A stretch of DNA of 62,843 nt, filler included, from Sphacelaria rigidula (lineage: Eukaryota): NCBI GenBank assembly GCA_964200075.2. It is 5 parts of 5 records of this genome, joined end to end, with 100 filler letters (N's around TTAATTAATTAA, not from the genome) between each part and the next. Parts side by side here need not be neighbours in the genome. Positions count along the whole stretch, not along the records: positions 37,770 to 50,256 come from CAXNAA020003708.1; 4 more parts are not named here. One strand, 5' to 3'. Numbering within the stretch: position 1 is the stretch's first letter; each line of letters begins with the position of its first letter. The notes beneath the pieces are model-generated. The model did no database searches. It was not told the origin of the DNA and worked only from the letters and a program-made list of their open reading frames with translations. Positions 37,770 to 49,334 of this stretch are shown here, one piece after another. The translations under genes and the position numbers were made by a program.

Positions 37770-40700
37770 ACTGTTGGGGGGGGGGCTATCGTAGAAAGTG
37801 TCTAGTGAGTCTACCTAATTGGTAGAGTACAATGTATACTATGTTTTCCTCAACGCCCCCGTCAGCTCAACATTTCGGACACGCGACAATACAAACTCTC
37901 AGAATTTTCGGAATCCTAAGAACCATTCATCAGAAAACGAGCATATCTCTCAAAATTATTCGCGCCCAATGCTTTGGTGAGGATGTCTGCGTGTTGTTCT
38001 CGTGAGTTGATGTATTCTACGCGGATGATGCCGCTGTCGATGGCGTCCCTGACGACGTGGTGTTTGACGTCAATGTGCCTGATCCTTCGGCTACTCAAGC
38101 GGCTATTCGCCATTTTTTTGCGCCCTGATTGCCCTCGTGAAATGGGATAATTGTATCAGCGGGCGGTGACATGACTTTTTTAACCTGCCTAAGGAAGCGC
38201 AGCTCGTTCGTTGCCTCTGCGAACGCGATGTACTCCGACTCTGATGTAGCCGAAGCGGTGAGTTTTTTTCGTCCGGGAGAACCAGCTGATGGTGCCTCCG
38301 GTCAGCATGAACGCTGCTCCTGACACCGAACGCCTGGTATCCGGGCAGGTCGCATGGTCCGCGTCGACCCACGCGGAAAGCTTAGTGTCATATCACGATG
38401 TTCCTTCGTACACGATCCCATAGTGTGTAGTGCGCTTCAGCTACTGCATGACCTTCATCACTGCTTTCCAGTGTGCCGGTCCCGGGTTGTCGCTTAACTT
38501 GGCGACATTGTGTGCTGCAAAGGATAGATGGAGCCATGCCATGATGGCAATCCACATCAGTGCCCCCACCGCCTCTCGGGGATACTCCGCATCTCGTTGA
38601 CCTTGTCTTTGTTCTCTGAATTTTCTGCCTTCGAGAGCGCAGATGTTCCGGTAGCGACCGGAATCTTACTAGTTTCGACGATTTCGAAGCGCTCGATCAG
38701 TTTCTTTGCGTACTGGCGTTGGTCAAGAGTCACCGTTCCAACATTGCGGTCCCGGGAGACATGGCACCCAAAGGGGTATGAGATATCCCCCAGGTCCTTG
38801 ATGGAGAAGCTGGATTGCAGATCTGCGAGTGCCCTTTCTTCGTCCTCCTTCGTGGTGCTGATCACGGAAATTCGTCCACGTAGACCACTATGATGACTGC
38901 CACGCAGCCTTCTCGCTTCTTGCGGTAGACGCAAGGGTCGGCTTGTGGTCTCTCGAAACCCTTGCGGATCACTTCTTGGCCAAACTTCTTTGACCATAGT
39001 AGTCCTGCGTGCACCAGACCGTATATGGCCTTGTTGAGGCGTCCAACTTGGTTTCTGGACTGACGGTATCCATCGGGTAGTTCAATATAGATTTCTTCCT
39101 CGACGTCCGCTTCGAGGTAGGTCATCTCTACACCTCGTTGGCGTCCTTCCCAGTTCTGTGTTGCCATGAGCGCAAGTGCCATCCGAGTGCTGGGTTGCGC
39201 CGGTGTGGGAGAGGAAAACTCCTGGTAGTGAATGCCACGTATCTGGAGAAAACCTTGGGCGACGAATCGACATTTGTATTTCTCGACTTCTCCGTCCTTG
39301 TTCATCTTCCTCTTGAAGACGAGTCTTGTACCGAGTATGGTCCTGTCCTGAGGTCGGTTGACGGACGTTCAGACCCCACGAGAGAGTTGTCCTTCCATCT
39401 TCCGCTGAAAAGCTCCGCGTCACTGCGGCCATTCCGCAGGTTCTTGGACCTTTTTGAGGGTCGTCGACTCCTCCGGCACTTCGCGTGGCGTTGTGATGAC
39501 TGATGCTTCTTTTGTGGCCATAGCGCCTTCCACCTTCCTAGTCTCGAGTGCTGCTGTTCCTACCTTGAGTGCCACGCTTCGCAGCGCGGTCAGGCCTCCA
39601 CTCGGGGTCCGGGTGGGCAGCATCACCGGTATCTCGTCGGTGTAATAGTCCGTCAGTTTCTTACGGCGGCTGGCTGTTGTTGCATACCAGCTTCTTCTGG
39701 TTCATCTGGTTCATCTGCCTCGCCCGGAAAATCTGGTTCCACTGGCATGTCGTTACCCGGGTCGATGTCAGACGGCTACTCCGTGCCCTTGGATTCCGTT
39801 TCGTCTTCCTCCGTGATGGTCGGCAGCAGACTGAATGATCTGCGGGAAGATGATAAGTGTTGCCTGCGATAAGACGAGTGCTTGTACCCTCCCCCCCCCG
39901 GCTTTGCGGGGGTGAACACTTGCGCCTGAAGAGTGGAGGGATGCCAAGTGACGGATTGTCGTAAGACGACTGATCCAGTAGTCAAGTCGCGCACTCAGTA
40001 GTTGTGTGAAGGACGGTCCATGGCCATTCCGAGCAGGATGCACTCGTGTTCGCGTGGTGCGAGCTTGTTAGGCAGGTTGTGGCGCCGCATGTAGCCCCCG
40101 GTGCCAAACGGAATAATCCCGGAGAGTGATGGCTTGTCGCCGTACCAGAGTTCGTGGGGCGTGACCCCTTGGTCGAGGAATGATGTGACGCACATGTTGG
40201 ACATGTCGCATGCGTATTGCATGGCTTCGGCCCAGAGGCGGTTGATTTTTCCTTCTTTGAGTCCTCGGAGGAGGGCGACTCCGTTGTACTGCGGTGTATA
40301 CGGCGGCGTCTTTTCGTGGTTGATGCCTAGGCTGTTCAGGAGATCTTGAAGTTCTCCTCCAAAGTCGACACCTCCGTCGGTGCGGAATATGTCAATCTTG
40401 AGGCCGGCTGGCAAAATGAAGCGATGATATCCTCGAGCGCTCCGGCGGCTTGGTCCTTGTGCTCGAAAAAACGAACGATCTCGAAGCGGGAGTAATCGTC
40501 CACGCACAGCATGGTGTTGCGGCCCCCCGAGAGCGAAGGCTCGGGAAAGGGGCCGGCGAGGTCGACGTAAAAGCGTCCAGCGCGTGACTTGGCGCGGGTT
40601 TCGGTGGTTTTTGGGCACCGCATATCGACGCACTCGTGCTTCCGAGAGGGGGTGCACCGTTGTCACTCTCCAGTGAAGCGGATCCCGGTCATCTTCGCTG

Positions 40701-42240
40701 TGTTGCGAGTGATTCCCTCGCCTGGATGTCAGAGCGCGCAGCGGAACTCCATCATGTCGTGTGAAGACGTTCTGCAGCTGATTAGCGTCGCTGATGATGA
40801 GTGCTGTGTGTGATTGTGTGGGATCGACTGCGCACCTTGTGACGCACGAATGACCGCGGCTGCGGGGTAGATCCTTGGAGGTGCGTCAAGAGCTCTCGAT
40901 AGCTCTGTTGCCGAAAGCAGGTTGTGTTGACCGAGCTGGGGCACGTGAGCGATTCGTGCTAGCTCGAGTTCTTCCGTCGCTCCAGTGAAGCCCCCGCACC
41001 CCTGGTCAACGAGGAGTTGTACACGCCCATAGCCTACCACGCGTAGGAGCTAGCCGTCCGCAGTTTCCACTTGGTCGAACGGGGAAGCAGGCTGGTATTC
41101 CTGAAGGTGTGCGGGGTTTGACGTAGGGTGTTCAGTTGATCCGCTGTCCGCCACCCAGAGCTCTTTATCCTTGTTTGCTTCGACGAGCCGATTGCCTGCC
41201 TTGGACATATCAGCAGTCAGTCCAGCGCCTAGGGTGCTCTTCGCCAGGGTACTCTTCTGACGATTTCCCGACGTTAGTGGCGTTGGACGGTTGGGGCATT
41301 CAGAAGATTCGTGTGGACCCTTGCAGTAGTGACATCCCGTGCGTGGTGTTCTCGATTCTCCGTCGTGGGGGGTTGTGTCCGCGGGACCATTCTGGCCTTG
41401 CGTTGTTCTTGCCGCGGATGGTGTTCCGTCTTCCGCCACGGTTGTTGCCCCCATGGTTGCGTCGCCCTTCTTCCCTAGCATGAGCAATGATTTTGTACTT
41501 GCGGCACGTAGAAGCGTCATGTCCAGGCTTGGAAGAGAGGACGCAGGATAGGCCACGTTTGTCGCCACCGTCTGATGTCTTCACGGTGACGAGGGCGTGC
41601 GAGCCAGCATCCTTCCTCTCATTCTCCAGGCGATCATACTGGTTCATGATTGTGCGTTCAATCCAGTCTCGGTTCGGCCAGTTTGCGGAACTTTCGAGTA
41701 TGCGGACTTCGGCGTCGTATTGGCTGGACAGCCCTCAGATGATCACGACGTCGAAGTCCTTGGAGTCGACCGGTCTGCCGGCACGTTCGAGTTCGCGGAC
41801 CAGACGGTCGATTCTGAGCAGGTACTTACGTGGGAGCTCTCCGACCTCCATCTTTAACCGGTAAAATTGAGTGATGAGACGCTTGTGCTCTCTGTACCCG
41901 CTGGCATGATAGTGCTGGACTAGGCGTCTCCACGCCTGGCTGGGTGAGACTGAATCCTGAACGATTTCTAAGGCAGTCCCCTCGCAGTTAGTGATGAGCG
42001 ACCCCCATGCCTGGTTTGCTTTGCTCAATTTGATGGGGTCGCAGCTTCTGCTGTCGAAGTCTTCTTGGCCAACTTCGAGTTCGTCGTCCCCGGTGGCGTT
42101 CAGTACATCGACGCAGCCCAGTGCTGTCAGCTGGGCTCTATGCGCTTGGGACCAGTCGTTCCAGTCCTCAGCTTCACCCGAAAAAATGTTGGAACTCGAT
42201 TTTTGCGGCTGGTCGGCGTAGTGATGTGGACCCCGGCTCT
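37770..42240 (-). mobile_element. Decayed Ty1/copia LTR retrotransposon (copia-1)
   Basis: Order gag-PR-IN-RT-RH: CVLSSKPGHDASTC, CHYCKGPHESSEC, WVADSGSTEH, VDDYSR/RTDGG/PQYNG, KYKCRFVAQGF, LNKAIYGL, VYVD, RHIDVKHH. G-rich tract at 37856-37860 precedes a 3' LTR start at ~37855. Confidence 0.93.
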
Positions 42241-42246
42241 TGTGTA

Positions 42247-42886
42247 TGTGATACAAAAAGAATGGTGTTGGCCATAGTGGTCGTCCACATGCATGTCTCT
42301 ACTGTACAAGTCGAGTACTAGAGCGAACAACAATAGCATTTCGATCATGCAAGTTACGATGTCTCGCTAGCTCATGCATGATATGACTTACTTTTACTAA
42401 GGGTTACACATTTCACCATTCCATTTGTGCACAAAGTTCGTTTTACTATCATGCCGATCTTCTTGCATCTATCTGCTCGTTGCCTGAATCAACCTCGTTA
42501 CAGTCTCACCGTTATGCCTGAAACAAGAGCAAGCTCACAGCACGTGGGAAAGTCCAATGCAGAACGATACACGACGAACGTCACGATACCTTGATCACCG
42601 CTTCAGGTCGATTCGATTTCTTTTTCCACTTGGTGGGACTTACCTCAGCACTCAAAAGAGAGTGAATCCCAGGGTGCCAGCTGGATCGATTCTTGTAAAG
42701 AACCGAATCCAACCAGATGTAAAGAGGCATGTTTATGTATGCCGTCTTTTGACGGATTACACCGCCTTCACCCCTGACCACGGTACTAGCTAGTTCCCGC
42801 AATCAGCCCTCCGGGCATAGTGTCGTTTTGAAACCGACGGCCCATCATCGTACTATCTCCATCACGCCACGCTGCGATCCGTAACA
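42247..42886 (-). repeat. Putative 3' LTR of gypsy-2
   Basis: Minus strand polypurine tract GAGGGAGGG (42887-42895) is followed directly by TGTTACGG. The distal end ..ATCACA at 42247 is tentative and coincides with where copia homology resumes. Confidence 0.55.
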
Positions 42887-43163
42887 CCCTCCCTCAGTCC
42901 TAGGATTGAAAAACCCTGGGACTGAACGTGGTTTACACGATGGATCGCCGCGATACCATGTCCCTCTTCCAGAGTACTCGGCGTCTTGGTGTAGCCGTCG
43001 ATCTTGATAATCGTTCTGTTAATTAGACCGCGTAGGGCACTTCCATACCGCGCAGGAACGATTCTATCCCGCTCGGGGGGGGTCCGCTGTATTGTTGACT
43101 GCTCTGCCGGGTTAGACCACGTAGGGAATTTAAACACCGTGCAGGAACGGTCTGTTCTCTCCA

Positions 43164-43625
43164 TCAGTTAGATCCTGAAACTGTTCCGGTATCTTGCTCA
43201 TTCACCGTATATTTTCGCACCTCCAACGGCGTCATCTCTTCCCAGTCTCCATCCTCATACTTGATACGGTAATACGGTTGACGGAAATCGAACACCTCTC
43301 CGTCGAACTCCTGCTGCTCACCTTGGTTGTCTACAAACCGTTTACGGACTTTAGTCCCTCGAGGAATCTGTCGTAAAGCTTCATTCCGAGCAATAGAGTC
43401 TCTTTCCGCTCGAGATGGCGTAACAGATGGGCGTGGTTTGGCTTGCGGGTGATATGGTCCCACAAAGCATGGAACACGTCCAGCTGCAACCCAGTGAAAC
43501 TGTCCAACACTTCCTCCTCAGAAAACCAATGAGATTCAGCTTCGTCATGAAATAACCCTCGATAGGCCCACTCCCATGACGATCCTGCTCCTAGCACCAC
43601 TTTTCCTATCTGTCAGTGTGTACAG
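43164..43625 (-). pseudogene. Integrase C-terminal chromo-like and Tudor-like modules (frameshifted)
   Basis: WEWAYRGLFHDEAESHWFSEEEV, then GTKVRKRFVD..EFDGEVFDFRQPYYRIKYEDGDWEEMT (Tudor-like beta-barrel pattern). Confidence 0.7.
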
Positions 43626-44283
43626 TTGTGGGACGACCTCGATCCCCTCAACCAAACCCAGATCAGCCCCCCATGCTAACTGAGAGTACTCGTCCGGAAA
43701 CGGGTGTCGCAGCTGTTCAGGGCGCACATGAAATTTCTTCACATTGGCTGCCGACACCGTCCGTTCTCGTACTTTGCGTCCCTGCATACTGACCTTAAGG
43801 CTGAGACCGGGTATCACCACGTGCTGCACCGTCCATGGTCCCGTCCACAAGTCGTGCACGAGTTTAGTCGGTACATCCTCGTGCACAAGGGAGCTGTCGG
43901 ACTCCTTTACTAACAGCAAAGGAAGGAAGGGTCAGCAGCTCGTGAACTTCCTTCGGGTTTCGGCGTTGTTGTTCCACCGTGTTGTTTAACGGTGGAGACT
44001 CCGCTTCAGGTGACACAGCGTCTATTTGTGTGCGTGGTTCGCGCCCAAAAAGCAGCTTGAATGGAGTCGGCTTACTAGGCAATGAAGGATCGGGAGTAGT
44101 ACGGTGAATCCACACAGCGGGGTCTACGTACTCATCCCACCTTTTCGGCCATTGCTTACAAAGCTCGGCCAGAACGTCGTGCAACAATCCTCCGTACCTC
44201 TCTACCGCGCCTTGACCGCGAGGGTGCTCTGCCGGACCATGGTCCAGCTTCACCTTCATCCACTGGCATACATGGTTCACTAC

Positions 44284-44745
44284 TGTCATGGTACGATACT
44301 TACCACCTGGGTAGGAAGATGCCAGTTCAGTGGGCACCGGGTCTAGCAGGCCCAAACACAGTCTGTAGTATCGAAACCATTGAGTTCGATATTATCGAGT
44401 GCAAGTCAACCACCGCACCAGTGGTCAGGTGGCATGGCATGAGCCGTGCAGGCTGCAGCACAACATGTGTTGCATGAAGGTCAGGCTTACATTTTGTGAA
44501 GACCAGAGAATCCTCTGAGACAGCAGTCCCTGATGGCGTAGATGCTCTTGTATTATTGGCGTACAGGCTAACTTGTGCTTTGCTAGTTGAGATGCATAGT
44601 CCAGAACGCTGTGGCCCCAAGGGGGCCGCCATATCAATCCAATAGCACAATGTAGTATGACCCATCAGGCCATCAGGTACCAAGCATGACAAAGTATGAC
44701 AAATGGAACCCAGTCGACTGGAACATGGCCAATAAATCTGTGACA
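44284..44745. mobile_element. Solo LTR (462 bp) inserted in the integrase of gypsy-2
   Basis: TGTCA...TGACA termini; 4-bp TSD CTAC (44280-44283, 44746-44749); AATAAA at 44731. Removal restores FTSAVVNHVCQW in frame. Confidence 0.9.
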
Positions 44746-47155
44746 CTACCGCCGACGTGAACTCCCCCCCAGCGTCACTCCTCAAAAAGTAGGGTACCCC
44801 AAACGTCAAGAAGAGCTTCAGCAGACATTTCGCCACGGGTACCGCGATCTTGGCAGCCAATGAGGAAGCAAAGAGAAACTTGGTTGCTCGATCCACGATG
44901 ATCAACAAATACCTGTTGCCCGAGGCAGAAACCTGCTTCATGTCCGATATGTCCATCTCTAACACCTCCCATGCTCGCAGAAATCGAGCAGGCCGCATTG
45001 CTAGGCTGTGGCTGTTGGTACGCTTGCGTCGACGACATCCACAAGATAACACGTATTTGCGAATATCGACGAGAAGGCCAGGCCATTCGTACCGTGCGTT
45101 GACTACGGCAGTCGTCCTCATCACTCCAGCGTGCCCATGCTTAGTGTGCACCCACGCCAGCAGCCCTGGCACTAAGCTGCGTGGGATAGCCAACTTGGCT
45201 GGCTCCTTAGGGGAGGTGTACCATAGAAGATCACTCTCATCTAGCACGTACGCATCCCGTTTCTTGCTAGCTCCTTCATCCTTAGACTCCTTTCTCAACC
45301 TATCCTTGATGGGTCCCAGACGGAAGTTCGGCTCTTGTAATAACACAAGTTGTGATTTGTCCATCAGAATCGCCCGCGTTTGTTCGAGAACGGTTCTGGG
45401 GTTACCTTCACCTGGCACTGGTTCCTCAGCCGAGGCCTCCTCCCCACCAGAGTCCTGGTCCGACTTATGTTCCGCTTCGGGAACCGAAGAGCGAGTTACT
45501 GCGGCTCCCCACGTCTCTGGCAACTTATTCTCATGCGGCCATATCGCGTCCTCACTCTCAATCCGAGTCAAGCTTAACAAACCTTCTGCTTCCAAGCTTG
45601 ATAAGACTGCCCCCAACATCCACGGATGAACGAAACTAGCCATAAGATCTAGCATGGCATCGGGGTTCACCGTTGGTGGAGTCTCGTAGTGGTCGAGGGT
45701 GGTCGCGACTCTGACGAAGTCGTCTTTTTCTAACTCTACTGCTTCCTCCCATACCCCCGCGTCTGCCCTGTTGGGTGTAAAGTCCTCGCGCCGAGGTTTC
45801 CCTTTCATCAGGCGAGAACGAGTTAACCTGGGCATCGGATCCTCGAAACTATGAATAGCCGTGCCTTGTCCCGGAGGCTCCAAGAAATAGGTGCCAGTCC
45901 GCTCCAAGAGCTGGCCCAACGGGGGGCAGGTAACAGCATACACTTCCACTCGCTGCCTCCATGCGCGTAGTGATTCTTCCACCTGCCGACCAGCCTTCAG
46001 AGCGACCACATAGGTCCGTCGCTTTCTGTACGGGGCACCCACCTGCACGGCTGAGATAGAAGCCTGCTCAACGCAGCAACCGGCTTTGTGCAGCAACGGG
46101 GCCACGCTCTCCGTCCAACCCGGAGAGTGTACCATCACACAGGTACTTTCCAAGATCAGTGTTGTCGTCGGGACTGAGGAGAGGAACGACTCGACCAATT
46201 CTCGGACACCATCTGCCGATTCCAACTCTCCCGCACTTTTATCAACGAAAGTAACCCTACTCGTATCTCCTACCAGCACTCCTGGTTGCACCTCTTCCAC
46301 CAGATTGTGGAAAGAAGGGCACCCTGGAGTCGTACGTACCAGCTTGACTCCCTTCCCAATATGGTTCATTCTGACACAATCAAGCGCCTTCCAATTTGCA
46401 TCAGTAGCTGCTACCACCTTCAAGAACTTCTCTGCGGCAAGAATGCTTCCCCCGCCTCCACAATGTACAATCAAAGCAGGTCGTTGCTTAACCGGCCCTG
46501 CCACAGGGTTCTCTGAGTCAACCCCGTTCATCGCTTCCGGTGGATACAACGCGCTGACCTCCTTCAACGCCAATGCCATCACATCCGCGGATTCCTTCGG
46601 ATACTCAGCCTCCAACTCCTTCAACAACATTCCGTCCAGTTTGGGTCTTTGCGGTCCTCCTCCTCCGCCGGGTCCAGCTTCGGTATCATCGTCAGGAAAT
46701 GACACGTCAATGTCAATTCCCCGAGGTTGGCTCCCTTGCAGCCGAGACAGGGCGTCCGGCAACTGGTGTTCGCGTCCAGCTCTCCACTTGAGGACCATAT
46801 CATACTCCATCAATCTTAGCGCCCACTGGTGGAACTTAGGCGACAAGTTCTGACCACGAAACAGCCATGTCAACGCACTGCAATCCGTAACCAGCGTAAA
46901 CTCTCGTCCCCATAGGTACGATTTGAATCGTTCCACGGACCACAAAACAGCGACTACTTCTCTCTCTGATGCTGACCTTTCTTCATCTGCTCGCGACCAT
47001 CTATGACTAGCGTATTCGATGACCCATTCCCTCTCATCCGCCTCCTGGGACAGGGCGGCCCCTGCTGCGAACTCGGAAGCGTCTGAACGTAGCACGAACC
47101 GTTCATTCCAACCCGGGTACGCCAAGATCGGATATGACATCAGAGCGCTCTTCAA
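44746..47155 (-). CDS. pol: Open pol segment: RNase H - DNMT-like domain - integrase N-terminal half
   Basis: ~800 codons of the 942-aa ORF are uninterrupted up to the solo LTR. Confidence 0.85.
45590..46485 (-). other. C5 cytosine DNA methyltransferase-like domain within Pol, catalytic motifs degenerate
   Basis: Colinear motifs: I HCGGGGS; II VVAATDANWKALDCVRMN; IV position VLVGDTSR (no PC); VI LILEST (for ENV); VIII ISAVQVGAPYRKRRTYVVA; IX/X DFVRVATTLDHY..LMASFVHPWMLGAVL. Confidence 0.75.
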
Positions 47156-47185
47156 GTCTAGGAATGCTTGTTGCTGCTGTTCTCC

Positions 47186-49298
47186 CTACGGAATCTTCAT
47201 CCTCCGTGCTCGCTTGGAAGCGAACCGCGGGTCACGCAGCAAGTCCGTGAGCGGTGCTGCCGTGTTACTGTACCCCTTTATGTACCTCCGCAAATATCCA
47301 GTCATACCTAGGAACGACCTTAGCTCTTCTACCCTCTGCAGCTCCCTCAACTGAGCGATGGCTTCAATCTTAGACTGGAAAGGTCGTATTCCCGACGCGT
47401 CGATCATCATCCCTACGAAGTCCTGTTGCTGAGTGCACCATTGTGATTTCTGGAAATTCACAGTGAGGCCAGCCTTCAGCAAGCAATAGAGCACAACTCT
47501 CGACCCCGTTATGCGGCCGGCGAAAGTCGCACTAGGCCACAAGATATCATCCAACCAGTTCTTGACACTCCGCGCCGGCAACAACGCTTCAGATACCGTT
47601 CGGTGGAATGTCGCGGGTAGTACCTTGAGTCCGAATCCACAGCGTTGATACTACCATAAATATCCCCTTGCATCGCGAAAGGCGGTAAGGTGTCGGTCTT
47701 CTTTCGCCACTTCCAACTGGAAAAACCCACTTGCTAAATCAACACTCGTAAAGTACTTGGATCCCGCTAAGCCACTATACATGGTCTGCATGTCCCCCAA
47801 ACCACCACTATACGACTCGAGAAGTTCGTTTAGTCAACGATAGTCCTGACACAACCGTAAACTACCGTCCTTCTTCCGCACCGTGACGCAAGCAGCTGCC
47901 CATGCGGACGTCGACGGCTCAATGATCCCCCGCTCCGCGAGTTTCTGGACCTCGTCTTGTATAGCAGTTTCTTGTTCCGGCGAGTACCGTCTAGTACCAG
48001 CAGCGAATGGCCGACCCTTAGGATCTTTCAGTCGTAGATGCAATGGCTCCCCACGCGCTGCTTTCACCCGCTCGGGGTCCACCGCGAACAAACCTGCTTC
48101 GTTGAAGTCTCTCAACACAGATAACAGCTGGGTCTTCTGCACCGGACCCAACTGGCCCATGTTCGCCTCCGTGAGATCTACTCCTGTGGCTCCAGTTGTG
48201 TCCTTCTCCACTTTCGTTGGTTCCGGCGGCGGTTGGGGAGGGGCTGGCGTAGTCCCTCGATCCTCCAGCCTCGACTTCAGCGTGGTACCCGTGTCGGACA
48301 CATGAAGATTTTGCAACCGCTCGCGATCTCGAACATTCACGGCCACAACCTCCGCCACTATCACATCTTTCTTCACTAGGCGAGCACTCTTGGCCATGTT
48401 GATTACCTTACATACTAGCGGTAATTGTGGGTCCCACCACTGCACTCCCCTGGCTACCCCTATTTCGGCTTCCTCATCTAAATCGAACAACTTTCGAGGT
48501 TCGATCAACACCAGTTGACGTTCCTGCGGTTGAGGACCTCGCACATAGCCTGGAACTAGCTCGCTAACAAAGCCTTCTAACCTTGTGTCCTCCGTCAGCC
48601 GCAGAAGCCACTGAAGTGTAGCGTCGTCCTCCCACGCCGTCCTCCCACGCCGCTCCAAGGCTCTTCCACACCTCATCCCATGCTGCCAGATCGCTCTCTT
48701 CCGACAACATCCCCGTCGGGTCATCACTGCGCGCTAATGGCTTGACAGCACAGAAGAGATTCCACCTTGTCACACCTCCTTGGCCGGTGAGGTCATCGCT
48801 GTCAACAGCTCCGAGTTTTGGTGAACCATTAGATACAAATCTTACCCACGGAGCCTCCGGCGAAGGTCGAAATCCTGATCGACCTTCGAACGACAGCGTA
48901 CTCTTGTTCCTTCCAAAGAAACTTGCCCCCAAAATGAATCCGTACGGCAATCCATCGACCACCCTGAACCATACTTTCCTTATTCTATCCTTCGGGTGGA
49001 ACCGAATCGGGATTACCGTTGACCCTAGAATCTTCAGCGGTGGCGTCCGGCTGTCACTAGGGTTTGCTGCCCTCAAAAATCCTGCTCCCTGTCGCTGCAG
49101 CTTGCCTGTGATATTACCCAACGTCACCAACGATTTCCACCACTGCTTCGATGCATAGCTACCCCCCCCCGCCACGGTGTCCAGTAACACCGTTACTGGT
49201 AAACCGTGGCTACTTTTGCTGTGGTGCCAAACTCTAGCTTGCACCCACAGCTGCTGTGCATCGCCACCCTTTACTGCTGATAAAGTATCTACGTACAC
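47186..49298 (-). pseudogene. pol: Protease and reverse transcriptase of gypsy-2
   Basis: VTVLLDT; RRYSPEQ..STSAWAA..KKDGSLRLCQDYR (premature stop at 47834); WLDD; LRSFLGMTGY. Confidence 0.9.
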
Positions 49299-49334
49299 GC
49301 TGTCCCCCGGGGACTGCGGCCCCAGGGCGCACCC

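Noticed and set aside
26253-47155. Functional linkage of the hydrolase gene with the DNMT-bearing element
   Set aside because: They lie on separate contigs joined by an artificial linker.
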